From NCBI GenBank assembly GCA_039794005.1, contig JBAMMA010000001.1:67779-131778 (forward strand): a stretch of DNA of 64,000 nt, in the 5' to 3' direction. Shown one piece after another: positions 49,697 to 59,162 of this stretch. The stretch is from Thermoplasmata archaeon. GTDB taxonomy: Archaea > Thermoplasmatota > Thermoplasmata > Thermoplasmatales > ARK-15. Position numbers and translations under genes: made by a program. The number at the start of each line of letters is the position of its first letter. Position 1 is the stretch's first letter. The notes beneath the pieces were generated by a model that saw only the letters and a program-made list of their open reading frames with translations, was not told the DNA's origin and searched no databases.

Positions 49697-50446
49697 ATGG
49701 AAGATGTACTTGAAATAAAGGATTTGGTAGCTGAAATTGATGGTAAAAAAATATTGGATGGCGTTAACCTAATAATAAAAAAAGGAGAAATTCATGCCAT
49801 TATGGGTCCCAATGGTTCAGGAAAATCTACCTTGGCACGTATTATAATGGGGGATTTTAGATATAAAATAACATCTGGAGATATTTTGTTGAACGGAAAA
49901 TCTATCAAAGAATTGCCACCAGAGGAAAGGTCAAAGTTGGGAATATTCATGAGTTTCCAACAACCGATAGAAGTTTCCGGTCTAAAACTTTTTACATATT
50001 TAAAGACGATATACTCAATTCATAACGATCAAAATATATCATTTCAAGATTTTATAAAATACATTCAAGAGAAGGCCAACAATCTCAGGATAGATTCCTC
50101 TATTTTAAGTAGAAATCTGAACGAGGGATTTTCAGGAGGAGAGAGAAAAAAGATAGAAATTTTGCAAATGCTCTTGGTAAGACCAAAATTCAGCATAATT
50201 GATGAAATAGATTCAGGTTTAGATGTAGATTCATTGGAATTGGTTGCAAAATCTATTAACGATATTTATAAGAATGAATTGATAGGCATTATTTTAATTA
50301 CTCATTACATGAGGATTCTAAAATATGTAAAGCCATCTTATGTACATGTATTAATGGATGGAAAGATTGTCAAGAGTGGAGACTATTCATTGGCATTGGA
50401 GATTGAGGAGAAGGGATATGAATGGATAAGGGAAAAGATGAATTAA
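49697..50446 (+). CDS. sufC: Fe-S cluster assembly ATPase SufC
   Basis: 'GPNGSGKSTL', 'NEGFSGGERKK' and 'SIIDEIDSGLD'. Confidence 0.95.
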   Translation: MEDVLEIKDLVAEIDGKKILDGVNLIIKKGEIHAIMGPNGSGKSTLARIIMGDFRYKITSGDILLNGKSIKELPPEERSKLGIFMSFQQPIEVSGLKLFTYLKTIYSIHNDQNISFQDFIKYIQEKANNLRIDSSILSRNLNEGFSGGERKKIEILQMLLVRPKFSIIDEIDSGLDVDSLELVAKSINDIYKNELIGIILITHYMRILKYVKPSYVHVLMDGKIVKSGDYSLALEIEEKGYEWIREKMN

Positions 50447-51837
50447 AATTGGATAATTTAGGGAAGGAGAATTACAACTTTGTTACAAAGGCAAAATATC
50501 CACACGTATTTGAGCCCGGTTTATCGAGAGAAATAGTAGAAGAGATATCAGAAATAAAAAAGGAACCGGAATGGATGAAAAGAATGAGGTTAAAATCCTA
50601 TGAAATTTTTGTTTCAAAACCAATGCCGAATTGGGGTCCGCCGCTGGATATTGATTTTGATAAGATCAGATATTATGTATTGCCTGATGAAATAAAGGCA
50701 AGAAAATGGGAAGACCTTCCGGAAGAAATAAGGAAAACATACGAGATTTTGGGTGTACCTGAAGCAGAAAGAAAATATTTATCAGGGACTGTAGCAGTCT
50801 TGGATTCGGAAGGTGTATATTATAACATTAAGAAAAATCTGGAAGAGAAAGGAGTAATAATGATGGACATGGACTCTGCTTTAAAAAAATATCCAGATTT
50901 TATAAAACAATATTTTATGCAATTGGTTCCTCCATCTGATAACAAATTTGCCGCCCTAAATGGAGCTGTTTGGAGCGGAGGTACCTTTATTTATGTCCCC
51001 GAAAATGTAAAGATAGATCTGCCATTAATGGCCTATTTCAGGATGAACATGGTATCAGAGGGGCAGTTCGAGCATACAATAATAATAGCTGAAAAAAATA
51101 GCTATGTAAGTTATATTGAAGGATGTACCGCTCCCATTTACAATGAAAATTCATTACACAGTGCTGTTGTTGAAGTCTATGTAAAGGAAGGTGCACATGT
51201 AAAATTCACAACAGTTCAAAATTGGAGTAAAGATATATATAACCTAAACACAGAAAGGGCCAAAGTTGAAAAAAATGGCAGGATTGAATGGGTAGGTGGC
51301 TCACTGGGATCAAAAGTAACAATGTTATATCCATCTTCATATCTTGTTGGAGAAAATGCATCCTCTAGCAATTTAAACATATCATTCGCGTCAGATGGTA
51401 CCTGGAAGGATAACGGAGCAAAGGTTCTACATCTTGCTCCAAACACCAGCTCAAAGATAATTTCAAAGAGTATAAGCATGAAAGGTGGTGTTTCTGTATA
51501 CAGGGGACTCGTAAGGATAAATAGAGGGGCTGTAAATTCTAAATCTCACACACAATGTGACACTCTTATTTTGGATGATCAATCAACAAATTATACATTC
51601 CCACATAATGAAGTGTTAGAAAACTCAGCCACTGTTACACATGAAGCATCTGCCGGAAAAATTGGAGAGGAGCAGTTATTTTACCTCATGAGCCGTGGAT
51701 TGAGCGAGGATGAATCAAGGGCGTTGATTGTTTTGGGATTTTTGGATGATGTGATGAAAGAAATACCATTGGAATTTTCAATCGAATTGAATAGGTTAAT
51801 AAGGGTAAAGTTAAAGGAGTTGGGTGGTACAGGATGA
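50422..51837 (+). CDS. sufB: Fe-S cluster assembly protein SufB
   Basis: 'FEHT.II', 'EGCTAP', 'SKSIS' and 'GKI.EEQLFYLMSRGL.E..A' are typical of SufB. Confidence 0.95.
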   Translation: MDKGKDELKLDNLGKENYNFVTKAKYPHVFEPGLSREIVEEISEIKKEPEWMKRMRLKSYEIFVSKPMPNWGPPLDIDFDKIRYYVLPDEIKARKWEDLPEEIRKTYEILGVPEAERKYLSGTVAVLDSEGVYYNIKKNLEEKGVIMMDMDSALKKYPDFIKQYFMQLVPPSDNKFAALNGAVWSGGTFIYVPENVKIDLPLMAYFRMNMVSEGQFEHTIIIAEKNSYVSYIEGCTAPIYNENSLHSAVVEVYVKEGAHVKFTTVQNWSKDIYNLNTERAKVEKNGRIEWVGGSLGSKVTMLYPSSYLVGENASSSNLNISFASDGTWKDNGAKVLHLAPNTSSKIISKSISMKGGVSVYRGLVRINRGAVNSKSHTQCDTLILDDQSTNYTFPHNEVLENSATVTHEASAGKIGEEQLFYLMSRGLSEDESRALIVLGFLDDVMKEIPLEFSIELNRLIRVKLKELGGTG

Positions 51838-53042
51838 TTGGTGAAAGCAAGATTGTTAAAATTTCTGAATCTTTTGAGGAACCCGAATGGTTATTAAATT
51901 TAAGATTAAAAAATCTGGAAAGGTATTATGAATTGAAAAAGTTAAAAATTTCAGATTCCCCTTTAGAAAAAAGTTATTCAAATTTTAGCATAGATCGATT
52001 TTTTTCAGGTATAAGCATAGAAAGAGGTCTGGGTGGCCAAGTGTACCCTGAAGAGAATTATTTTGTTTTCGATTACAGAGATGAGGGTAATTTAAATTTT
52101 TACATAAAAACAGAATTTTATGAATTAATGGATATTAAATCAGCCATCAAAAATTATCCAGAGATAGTTAAAAATTCAATGGAATACGTTAAAGATTACA
52201 ACACTGCAATATCTAATGCGACATTTCATGGAGGCCTTTTTGTTAAATTTTTGGATTATAAGAATATATCACATCCATTAAAAATTAAGATTAAATATAC
52301 AGGGGGATTTTATTCTATTAAAAATATCATATATGTAGGTAAAAATGTAAATTCTGAATTCATAGAACATTTGCATATGGATCCTGCATTTATGGGTTTG
52401 TCGAACACTTATATTTATCATGACATAAATTCAAAAATAAAGCATATCACCATGTTGGATGGAAATAGTTGTGAAAATTTAAACATTAAGAATAGCTATC
52501 AAGAACCTGGATCATACGATGAGTGGTATGTGGCCGTAAAGAATTCATCGAGTTCAATAATAAATTCAAACATTGTTTTGAATTCGAAATCAAAATATAA
52601 AAATATAACAGCTGTAATTTCAAAAAATCATGAAATATACGATTTGTCATCAAATATATACCATGTTGGTGAAAATTCTTATAGTGAATCTATAATGAAA
52701 ATGGTAGCACTGAACGAGTCTAAAATTGTAAGCAGAGGAATCATCGATATTGATAAAAATGCTAAAGAATCTTACGGTTATTATGGCTCACATTCGATTT
52801 TAGTGGATGAAAGGGCCCGCGCATATTCTTTGCCATTTTTAAAAATATATGGAGACGGTTCATATGCAAAACATGAATCTACAATATCAAACATCGATGA
52901 CGAAACGTTATTCTATTTGAAAAGTCGTGGCCTTGATGAATCTAAATCCAAGGACCTAATAATACAGGGTTTCATTGATCCAATAGTGAGAGAAATTTTG
53001 AAATATGAAGGAAAAAGGTTTTTGGTATATGGTGAAGAGTGA
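51834..53042 (+). CDS. sufD: Fe-S cluster assembly protein SufD
   Basis: Divergent SufB/D beta-helix paralogue with 'ETLFYLKSRGLDE..SK.L'. 4-nt overlap with sufB. Confidence 0.8.
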   Translation: MIGESKIVKISESFEEPEWLLNLRLKNLERYYELKKLKISDSPLEKSYSNFSIDRFFSGISIERGLGGQVYPEENYFVFDYRDEGNLNFYIKTEFYELMDIKSAIKNYPEIVKNSMEYVKDYNTAISNATFHGGLFVKFLDYKNISHPLKIKIKYTGGFYSIKNIIYVGKNVNSEFIEHLHMDPAFMGLSNTYIYHDINSKIKHITMLDGNSCENLNIKNSYQEPGSYDEWYVAVKNSSSSIINSNIVLNSKSKYKNITAVISKNHEIYDLSSNIYHVGENSYSESIMKMVALNESKIVSRGIIDIDKNAKESYGYYGSHSILVDERARAYSLPFLKIYGDGSYAKHESTISNIDDETLFYLKSRGLDESKSKDLIIQGFIDPIVREILKYEGKRFLVYGEE

Positions 53043-54038
53043 TTATTCAAATATTATTTCTTTTATTTCCAAAATTCTATCAGGTTTGTAATAAGGATCC
53101 TTAACTATTCTCTGTGGCTTTTTATCAAATATCAATATTTTGTTTGGCTTTCCAGTAAATTTTTGCATTGTTAATGTGGAATATTCAATGACTTTCTCCT
53201 CATCGATAGAAAAGTAAAGCCAAGCTAACCTCATTTCCATCCTTATTGATGGTACTGTTATCATAGCATTATCTGTGCCTATTCCAATTTTTAATTTATC
53301 ATTTTTGAATTTTTCAACATCAAATTTATGCTTGAAAAACAAGGTGGAACTTGGACAAATAATAACTGGAATATCATTTTCAATTATCTTTTCAAAATCT
53401 TCATGATCTCCATAGTACATATGAATAATAAAATCTGGCTTCAATTTCAAAACATCATCGATATTTTCCCTGAAACCTTCACTAACGTGCATTGAAAATA
53501 ATTTATTATTTTTTTTTGCGTATTTTGATACCTTCTCCAAAAATTCAAATGGATAATCATTGATTCCGCTCATTCCAATACCAGAACTTTTTTTTATAAT
53601 TTCTTCCAACTCATTTTCATTATATTCTGAACTGGCGGGCCTGGACAATATAAATGGACGAACATTCCCAAAATCGATGTTTTCCAATAATTTAATTCCT
53701 TCAATACCAGATTCTCTAAAATCAAAGAATGCACCTACATTTTCATTTTCCATTATTTTTATTGAATATTTTATCCCTTCCCGAATTACATTTTTATTTG
53801 TAGAACTCAACATTTTGGATTTGAAGCCACCGGGTCCTACAAGATTTTTCACATCCAATCTAGGTACTTTATCAATAAATCCATCACCTAAATGTGTGTG
53901 GGAATTAACAAAATTTGATGTAATTGTAATTTCTGGTTCGACATCTTTCTCTCTTATATAAATGGTTCCATTCTCATATTTTAATCTACCAATAACTCCC
54001 CTTTCATAAACGGATATAAAGGCATTATCAAATATCAT
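53043..54038 (-). CDS. Metal-dependent amidohydrolase superfamily protein (chlorohydrolase/deaminase-like, short)
   Basis: 'FVNSHTHLGD' (HxH), 'SMHVSE', 'IIHMYY' and 'GIGTDN' metal ligands in canonical order. Confidence 0.75.
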   Translation of the reverse strand: MIFDNAFISVYERGVIGRLKYENGTIYIREKDVEPEITITSNFVNSHTHLGDGFIDKVPRLDVKNLVGPGGFKSKMLSSTNKNVIREGIKYSIKIMENENVGAFFDFRESGIEGIKLLENIDFGNVRPFILSRPASSEYNENELEEIIKKSSGIGMSGINDYPFEFLEKVSKYAKKNNKLFSMHVSEGFRENIDDVLKLKPDFIIHMYYGDHEDFEKIIENDIPVIICPSSTLFFKHKFDVEKFKNDKLKIGIGTDNAMITVPSIRMEMRLAWLYFSIDEEKVIEYSTLTMQKFTGKPNKILIFDKKPQRIVKDPYYKPDRILEIKEIIFE

Positions 54039-54781
54039 TTTTTACCTCTCTGGACCAATTCGAATCCATATTCTGTTATTTTAAACGTTTTAACTTCAGG
54101 GTTAAATGTTGTACCTCTCATTTTTAATATCTGCAAAGTTCTTTCATCCATGTTTCTTTTAATTGTCCTTTTCAGTAATATTATACCTCCAGCTAAAATA
54201 AACTCTGGCTTAACATTTTCCAAATTTCCCTCATCTGTGAAAATTGCAGTAACACCTTTCTCAACAAAAAATCTTATGAATTTTGCCATTACAGGATTTC
54301 TTGTTTCTGGATCTGCTCCAAATCTTTTTAATGTTGTAAATGAATCCATCACTACTCTGTTAAAATTTCTTTCTTTAAATTCCAATTCCAATTTTAACTG
54401 AAGACTTTCAAATGTCAGTTCACCCTTTTCCATTTTTCTATTTACATTTGAAAGATCTCTAATTTCCCCTTTTGCTGTCATGTCTCTGACGCCTGCTCCA
54501 GTTGTATAAAGAGAAGGAGATGGTACAGCATCCATAACGTTCAATGATAGAAAATTCCATCCGAAAGATTCCGTTATAGGATTCAATATATCGTAGGGTG
54601 GTCGGTCTGTGGAAATGTATAAGCATCTTTCCCCCAACCTTAAACCTTCATATAAAAATTTCAGCGCAAACAATGTTTTTCCAGTACCGGAATCCCCCAT
54701 TATAAAATAAACTTTATTTTCAGGTAATCCCCCATTTACCATTTCATCAAACCAATCGATTCCAACTTTTACCCTCGGCAT
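54035..54781 (-). CDS. Single-domain KaiC/RecA-like ATPase
   Basis: 'VKVGIDWFDEMVNGGLPE', Walker A 'GDSGTGKT', Walker B 'RVVMDSFT' and 'KMRG'. Confidence 0.8.
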   Translation of the reverse strand: MPRVKVGIDWFDEMVNGGLPENKVYFIMGDSGTGKTLFALKFLYEGLRLGERCLYISTDRPPYDILNPITESFGWNFLSLNVMDAVPSPSLYTTGAGVRDMTAKGEIRDLSNVNRKMEKGELTFESLQLKLELEFKERNFNRVVMDSFTTLKRFGADPETRNPVMAKFIRFFVEKGVTAIFTDEGNLENVKPEFILAGGIILLKRTIKRNMDERTLQILKMRGTTFNPEVKTFKITEYGFELVQRGKK

Positions 54782-54786
54782 TTAGA

Positions 54787-55515
54787 TCACTCCACTGCAA
54801 AACCATTATTTTTCAACACAAGTGATATATTTGTTTTCTTTAAAATATATGATGATTTTACAATTTCTAGTGTATAATCATTTTCATCTTTATCTAACCT
54901 TAAAACACTATCCATCATTCTCATGATAGTGTTTAAATCATCAAAATCCTCAGCAATAAAGAGAACTGTTGAATTTTCAATATATCTAAAGAAATCAACA
55001 AATGCCAGCGCAGCCTCTTCAGGATCTACGCCTGTAGTATAAAATAGCTTTAAGGATGTTAGAGAATCTATGACAACTCTGGTAAACTTATTCTTTTCCA
55101 TTATGTTTTTAATAGTAGACCTGAGATTGAATATATCGATTTCCCTTCCAGTTCCCTTCATCTTTACATCTCTCATCCTAATGACGTCCGTTACCTGTGT
55201 AACTTCCCTGTACGGGGCAATCTCTTTTTTCTTGGACGAAGGAACAGCATCAATTACATTTATTATATCTAAATTCCACTGCATATTTTCAAAATCTTTC
55301 TTAACTTCGTATGCGGATTCATCCAATGAAACGTATAATACTTCTTCACCTTTTAAAGCCCCATCTATGAGGAATTGTAATCCAATTATTGTTTTCCCAG
55401 ATCCGGGTTTTCCATACAGTATGTTTAATGAATTATCCCTTAATCCCGGATAATAGTTTTCAAGATTTAAAATTCCTAGGGAAACTGGCATTATTGTTTT
55501 TATCATAATCATCAT
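54787..55515 (-). CDS. Single-domain KaiC/RecA-like ATPase (paralogue)
   Basis: Walker A 'GKPGSGKT' and Walker B 'RVVIDSLT'. The start may be the internal Met (MPVSLGI...). Confidence 0.8.
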   Translation of the reverse strand: MMIMIKTIMPVSLGILNLENYYPGLRDNSLNILYGKPGSGKTIIGLQFLIDGALKGEEVLYVSLDESAYEVKKDFENMQWNLDIINVIDAVPSSKKKEIAPYREVTQVTDVIRMRDVKMKGTGREIDIFNLRSTIKNIMEKNKFTRVVIDSLTSLKLFYTTGVDPEEAALAFVDFFRYIENSTVLFIAEDFDDLNTIMRMMDSVLRLDKDENDYTLEIVKSSYILKKTNISLVLKNNGFAVE

Positions 55516-55633
55516 TTAAAAATTTTTCATTTTCTGAATAAATTAATAAAGGTTGTTTATATAAAATAATTCATAATTTTCAATCCCTTTTTTAAATGGA
55601 AAAAAGTTAATATTTAATTTCATTATTACAATT

Positions 55634-55966
55634 ATGACATCTTTAGAAGTTTTGAAGGAAATAGTGAATAAACTTAATAATAACCCAAATGCAAAGGAAG
55701 AAGTGAAGGGAACAAAGGATATTTTTCAGTTCAAGACAGAAAATCAGAATTATTACCTACAATTTAAAGAAGATGGAAGTGCCGAAGTATATGAGGGTAT
55801 ACATCCATCACCATCTGTAACGTTGACAGCCAAAGATTCAGATTTCACAGACATAATGACCGGAAAACTGGATGGTGTTAGAGCATTTTTCACTGGGAAA
55901 TTGAAAATTTCAGGAAACGCGATGCTTGCAAATAAATTGGTAAATTTGATGAAAAAGCTGAAGTGA
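55634..55966 (+). CDS. SCP2 sterol/lipid-carrier domain protein
   Basis: '...DSDFTDIMTGKLDGVRAFFTGKLKISGNAMLANKL' is the SCP2 C-terminal signature. Confidence 0.75.
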   Translation: MTSLEVLKEIVNKLNNNPNAKEEVKGTKDIFQFKTENQNYYLQFKEDGSAEVYEGIHPSPSVTLTAKDSDFTDIMTGKLDGVRAFFTGKLKISGNAMLANKLVNLMKKLK

Positions 55967-55972
55967 TCATAG

Positions 55973-57973
55973 ATGGAAATCAAGAATATCGCCGTTATAG
56001 GATCTGGGGAGATGGGGCACGGTATAGCTGAGGTTTTTGCAATAAAAGGATATTCAGTCAACTTAGAGGATATTTCTGAGGAAATTCTAAAGAAAGCAAA
56101 GGATCAAATATTCGAAAGCCTAAAAAAGCTGGAAGAAAAGGGAAAACTAGGAAAGGAAAAGGCCGAGGATGTTTTGTCCAGAATAAATTTTACAACGAAT
56201 TTCCAGGATGCTGTAAAGGATGCAGATTTGGTAATAGAGGCCGTACCTGAAAAGGAAGATTTAAAGAAAAAAATCTTTGCCGATTTAGAAAAATATACCA
56301 GAAATGACGCTATTTTAACAAGCAACACATCTAATATTAGAATAACGGATATTGCAAAAGATCTAAAATATAAAGATAGAGTTGCAGGTCTACATTTTTT
56401 CAATCCACCGGTAATGATGAAATTGGTGGAGGTAATTAAAGGAGAAGAAACATCTGAAAATACAATTAATACTTTAATGGATATTGTAAAGAAAATAGAT
56501 AAAACACCAGTAAGAGTAAATAAAGATTCACCGGGATTTATAGTTAATAGAATCAATGCTCCTGACATGTTATTTTTCTGCCTTTTAATTGAAAATAATG
56601 TTGCAACACCGGAAGAAATAGATGCATTTGCTAAAATGCAAGGATTACCAATGGGACCTTATGAATTAATAGATTATGTTGGAATAGATGTTGTATACCA
56701 TTCAATGGAATATTATGCAAGAACATTGAATCCAGATTATGCAAAATGCAATGTCTATAAAGATCTTTATTCGAAGGGATATCTGGGAAAGAAGACTGGA
56801 AGAGGATTTTATGATTGGTCACAGGGAAGGCCAAAGATCGATACAAATAAAGCCACGGACAAAGTGAGCTTATTAGATTTATTTGCAATAGAAATTAATG
56901 AAGCTGTTAAGTTAATTGAAGAGGATGTTGCGAATCCAGAAGATATTGAAACGGCTGTAAAATTGGGTTTGAACAGGCCTTTTGGTCCAATTTCAGTTGC
57001 AAAAAGTTTAACAAATGCTGAAGTAAAAGAAAAGCTTGAAGAGTTGGCTAATAGGTTTAAAAATTCCGTTTTTGAACCAGCAGAAACAATAAAGCAGGGA
57101 AAGATGAGGGATGCCATAGACGGTTTATTAAAAAAGGAAAAGAAAAAGGAAACAACGGGTATTTCAATAGCTCAGGTAAAAGAGGAAACTAAATCCAAAC
57201 AGGAGTATTCCACCATCATATTAGAAAAATACCCATTTAAAGTGGCAAAAATAATTTTAAACAGACCTAAGAATAACACAATTACAGGGGAGCTTCTAGA
57301 TGAATTAGAAAATGCAATAAGATCATTATGGAATGATCCTGAGGTAAATGTAATAGTTATTGCCGGTTCAGGTGAGAGGTTTTCTGCAGGTGCAGAGTTG
57401 TCCCAGTATTTCCCAAGCAGTTTTTCATTTTTGGAGTTTTCGAGGAAAGGAGAAAGGGTTTTCAGGCTCTTATCAGAAATACCAAAAATAACCATCGCAT
57501 CCATAAAAGGCGTTGCTTTGGGTGGTGGATTTGAACTCGCAATATCATGCGATCTAAGGGTAAGTAGTCCAGATGCACAGCTTGGATTTCCAGAAGTTAC
57601 CTTGGGTTTGATTCCAGCATGGGGAGGAAGCAACAGACTGGCAAAATTGATAGGGATTTCTAGAGCGATGGATTTAATAATCACAGGTAGAAGGATTAAT
57701 GGAAAAGATGCATATGAATGGGGGATCGTTAACAGACTTTCTGACAATCCGGATGAGGAATCGATGAATCTAGCAAAATCAATAGCTGAAAATTCTGCAC
57801 CAATTTCAGCTGCTTTGGCTAAAAGAATAATAAATAAAGGAACTGAAATTCCAATGGATGTAGGCCTTGAAATGGAATCAATTGCAGCGGGTCTCGTATT
57901 TTCCACTGAAGATTTGAAGGAAGGTATATCATCATTTTTGCAGAAAAAGAAACCCGAATACAAGGGTAGGTGA
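55973..57973 (+). CDS. Bifunctional 3-hydroxyacyl-CoA dehydrogenase (N-terminal) / enoyl-CoA hydratase (C-terminal)
   Basis: 'IAVIGSGEMGHGIA' NAD site and 'SNTS', 'HFFNP' motifs. The C-terminal half is crotonase, with 'GAEL', 'GVALGGGFELA', and 'PEV.LGLIP..GG'. Confidence 0.9.
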   Translation: MEIKNIAVIGSGEMGHGIAEVFAIKGYSVNLEDISEEILKKAKDQIFESLKKLEEKGKLGKEKAEDVLSRINFTTNFQDAVKDADLVIEAVPEKEDLKKKIFADLEKYTRNDAILTSNTSNIRITDIAKDLKYKDRVAGLHFFNPPVMMKLVEVIKGEETSENTINTLMDIVKKIDKTPVRVNKDSPGFIVNRINAPDMLFFCLLIENNVATPEEIDAFAKMQGLPMGPYELIDYVGIDVVYHSMEYYARTLNPDYAKCNVYKDLYSKGYLGKKTGRGFYDWSQGRPKIDTNKATDKVSLLDLFAIEINEAVKLIEEDVANPEDIETAVKLGLNRPFGPISVAKSLTNAEVKEKLEELANRFKNSVFEPAETIKQGKMRDAIDGLLKKEKKKETTGISIAQVKEETKSKQEYSTIILEKYPFKVAKIILNRPKNNTITGELLDELENAIRSLWNDPEVNVIVIAGSGERFSAGAELSQYFPSSFSFLEFSRKGERVFRLLSEIPKITIASIKGVALGGGFELAISCDLRVSSPDAQLGFPEVTLGLIPAWGGSNRLAKLIGISRAMDLIITGRRINGKDAYEWGIVNRLSDNPDEESMNLAKSIAENSAPISAALAKRIINKGTEIPMDVGLEMESIAAGLVFSTEDLKEGISSFLQKKKPEYKGR

Positions 57974-57977
57974 AACC

Positions 57978-59162
57978 ATGCGCGATGTATATATAGTAGA
58001 CTTTTTAAGATCAGCATTCTCAAGATCCAGGCCAAACGAACCATCAAGGGATGTTTTCAATTCCATAAGAATGGATGAAGTCGTCGCAATGCTATTAAAG
58101 GAAATGATAAAAAGAAATAATATAGATCCTCTCAGGATTGGTGATGTAATAACGGGATGTGCACTACAGGCTGACGAAAATTGGCTTTATGGTGGAAGAC
58201 ATCCTATATTTTTGGCAAATCTTCCAGTGGAAGTACCTGCGATGGCAGTAGATAGGGCATGTTCATCATCAATGGTAACTGCAGCAATCGGTTCATGGGA
58301 AATAATGACTGGTAATTCAGATATTGTATTTGCCGGTGGAATGGAGCATATGACACACGTTCCATTGAATAATAATCCGCATGTAGCACCTAATTATAAG
58401 TTGTTGGTGAGACCAGAATACATGAAATATAAGATGAACATAGGATATAGTATGGGTTTAACAGCGGAGGAACTAGCAAAGGTATCGGGAATAACGAAGG
58501 ATGAAATGGATGAATTTTCATACAGAAGTCATATTCTAGCATCCAAAGCTTTACAGGATGGATACTTTAAAGGGGAGATATTGCCCATAAAGGTTGAATA
58601 TAATGGACAGATGATAACTGTTGATAAAGATCAGAGCATAAGACCTGATACCACATTGGAGCAGATAAAAAATCTCCCACCAGCGTTTAAACCTGACGGT
58701 GTTATAACGGCAGGAAACTCATCACCATTGAATGCCGGTGCATCAATGTTAATGTTAATGGATGAAAAAACCATGGATGAATATTCGCTTAAACCATTGG
58801 CAAGGATAGTTAGCTTTGGATGGGCAGGTGTTCATCCAGCAATAATGGGAGAGGGACCAGTTCCCGCAAGTAAAAAAGCATTGGAGAGGGCCAAATTAAA
58901 GGTAGAAGATATCGATTATTGGGAAATAAATGAGGCTTTTGCAGTAGTTCCATTGAATGCGATTAAAAAATTAAACATCGATATAAATAGGGTAAATATA
59001 CATGGAGGAGGAATATCAATAGGCCATCCATTGGGGGCATCTGGAGCCAGGATAATAGGAACATTGTCTAGGATATTAAAGGAGAATAATGGCCATTATG
59101 GGGTTGCAACGTTATGTGTGGGTGGTGGCCAAGGATATGCCACCGTCATTGAAAGGGTGTGA
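57978..59162 (+). CDS. Acetyl-CoA C-acyltransferase (thiolase II/I family)
   Basis: 'DRACSSSM' nucleophile Cys, 'NEAFA', 'GG.ISIGHPLGASGAR' and 'LCVGGGQG'. Confidence 0.9.
   Translation: MRDVYIVDFLRSAFSRSRPNEPSRDVFNSIRMDEVVAMLLKEMIKRNNIDPLRIGDVITGCALQADENWLYGGRHPIFLANLPVEVPAMAVDRACSSSMVTAAIGSWEIMTGNSDIVFAGGMEHMTHVPLNNNPHVAPNYKLLVRPEYMKYKMNIGYSMGLTAEELAKVSGITKDEMDEFSYRSHILASKALQDGYFKGEILPIKVEYNGQMITVDKDQSIRPDTTLEQIKNLPPAFKPDGVITAGNSSPLNAGASMLMLMDEKTMDEYSLKPLARIVSFGWAGVHPAIMGEGPVPASKKALERAKLKVEDIDYWEINEAFAVVPLNAIKKLNIDINRVNIHGGGISIGHPLGASGARIIGTLSRILKENNGHYGVATLCVGGGQGYATVIERV

Noticed and set aside
54782-54786. The two KaiC-like genes could be one frameshifted double-domain kaiC.
   Set aside because: Each ORF has its own plausible N-terminus ('...GI..FD..L.GG'-type entry motif), Walker A and B, and a proper stop. 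The 5-nt gap with a clean ATG looks like two genuine genes rather than a disrupted fusion. Sequencing error cannot be excluded without reads.
55753-58047. Minus-strand ORFs 55753-56061, 56104-56568, 56631-56888, 56809-57117 and 57172-58047 (up to 291 aa).
   Set aside because: All are antisense to the SCP2, dehydrogenase/hydratase and thiolase genes, which carry unambiguous catalytic motifs. Despite its length, the 291-aa ORF is a Ser/Pro/Leu-rich mirror translation.
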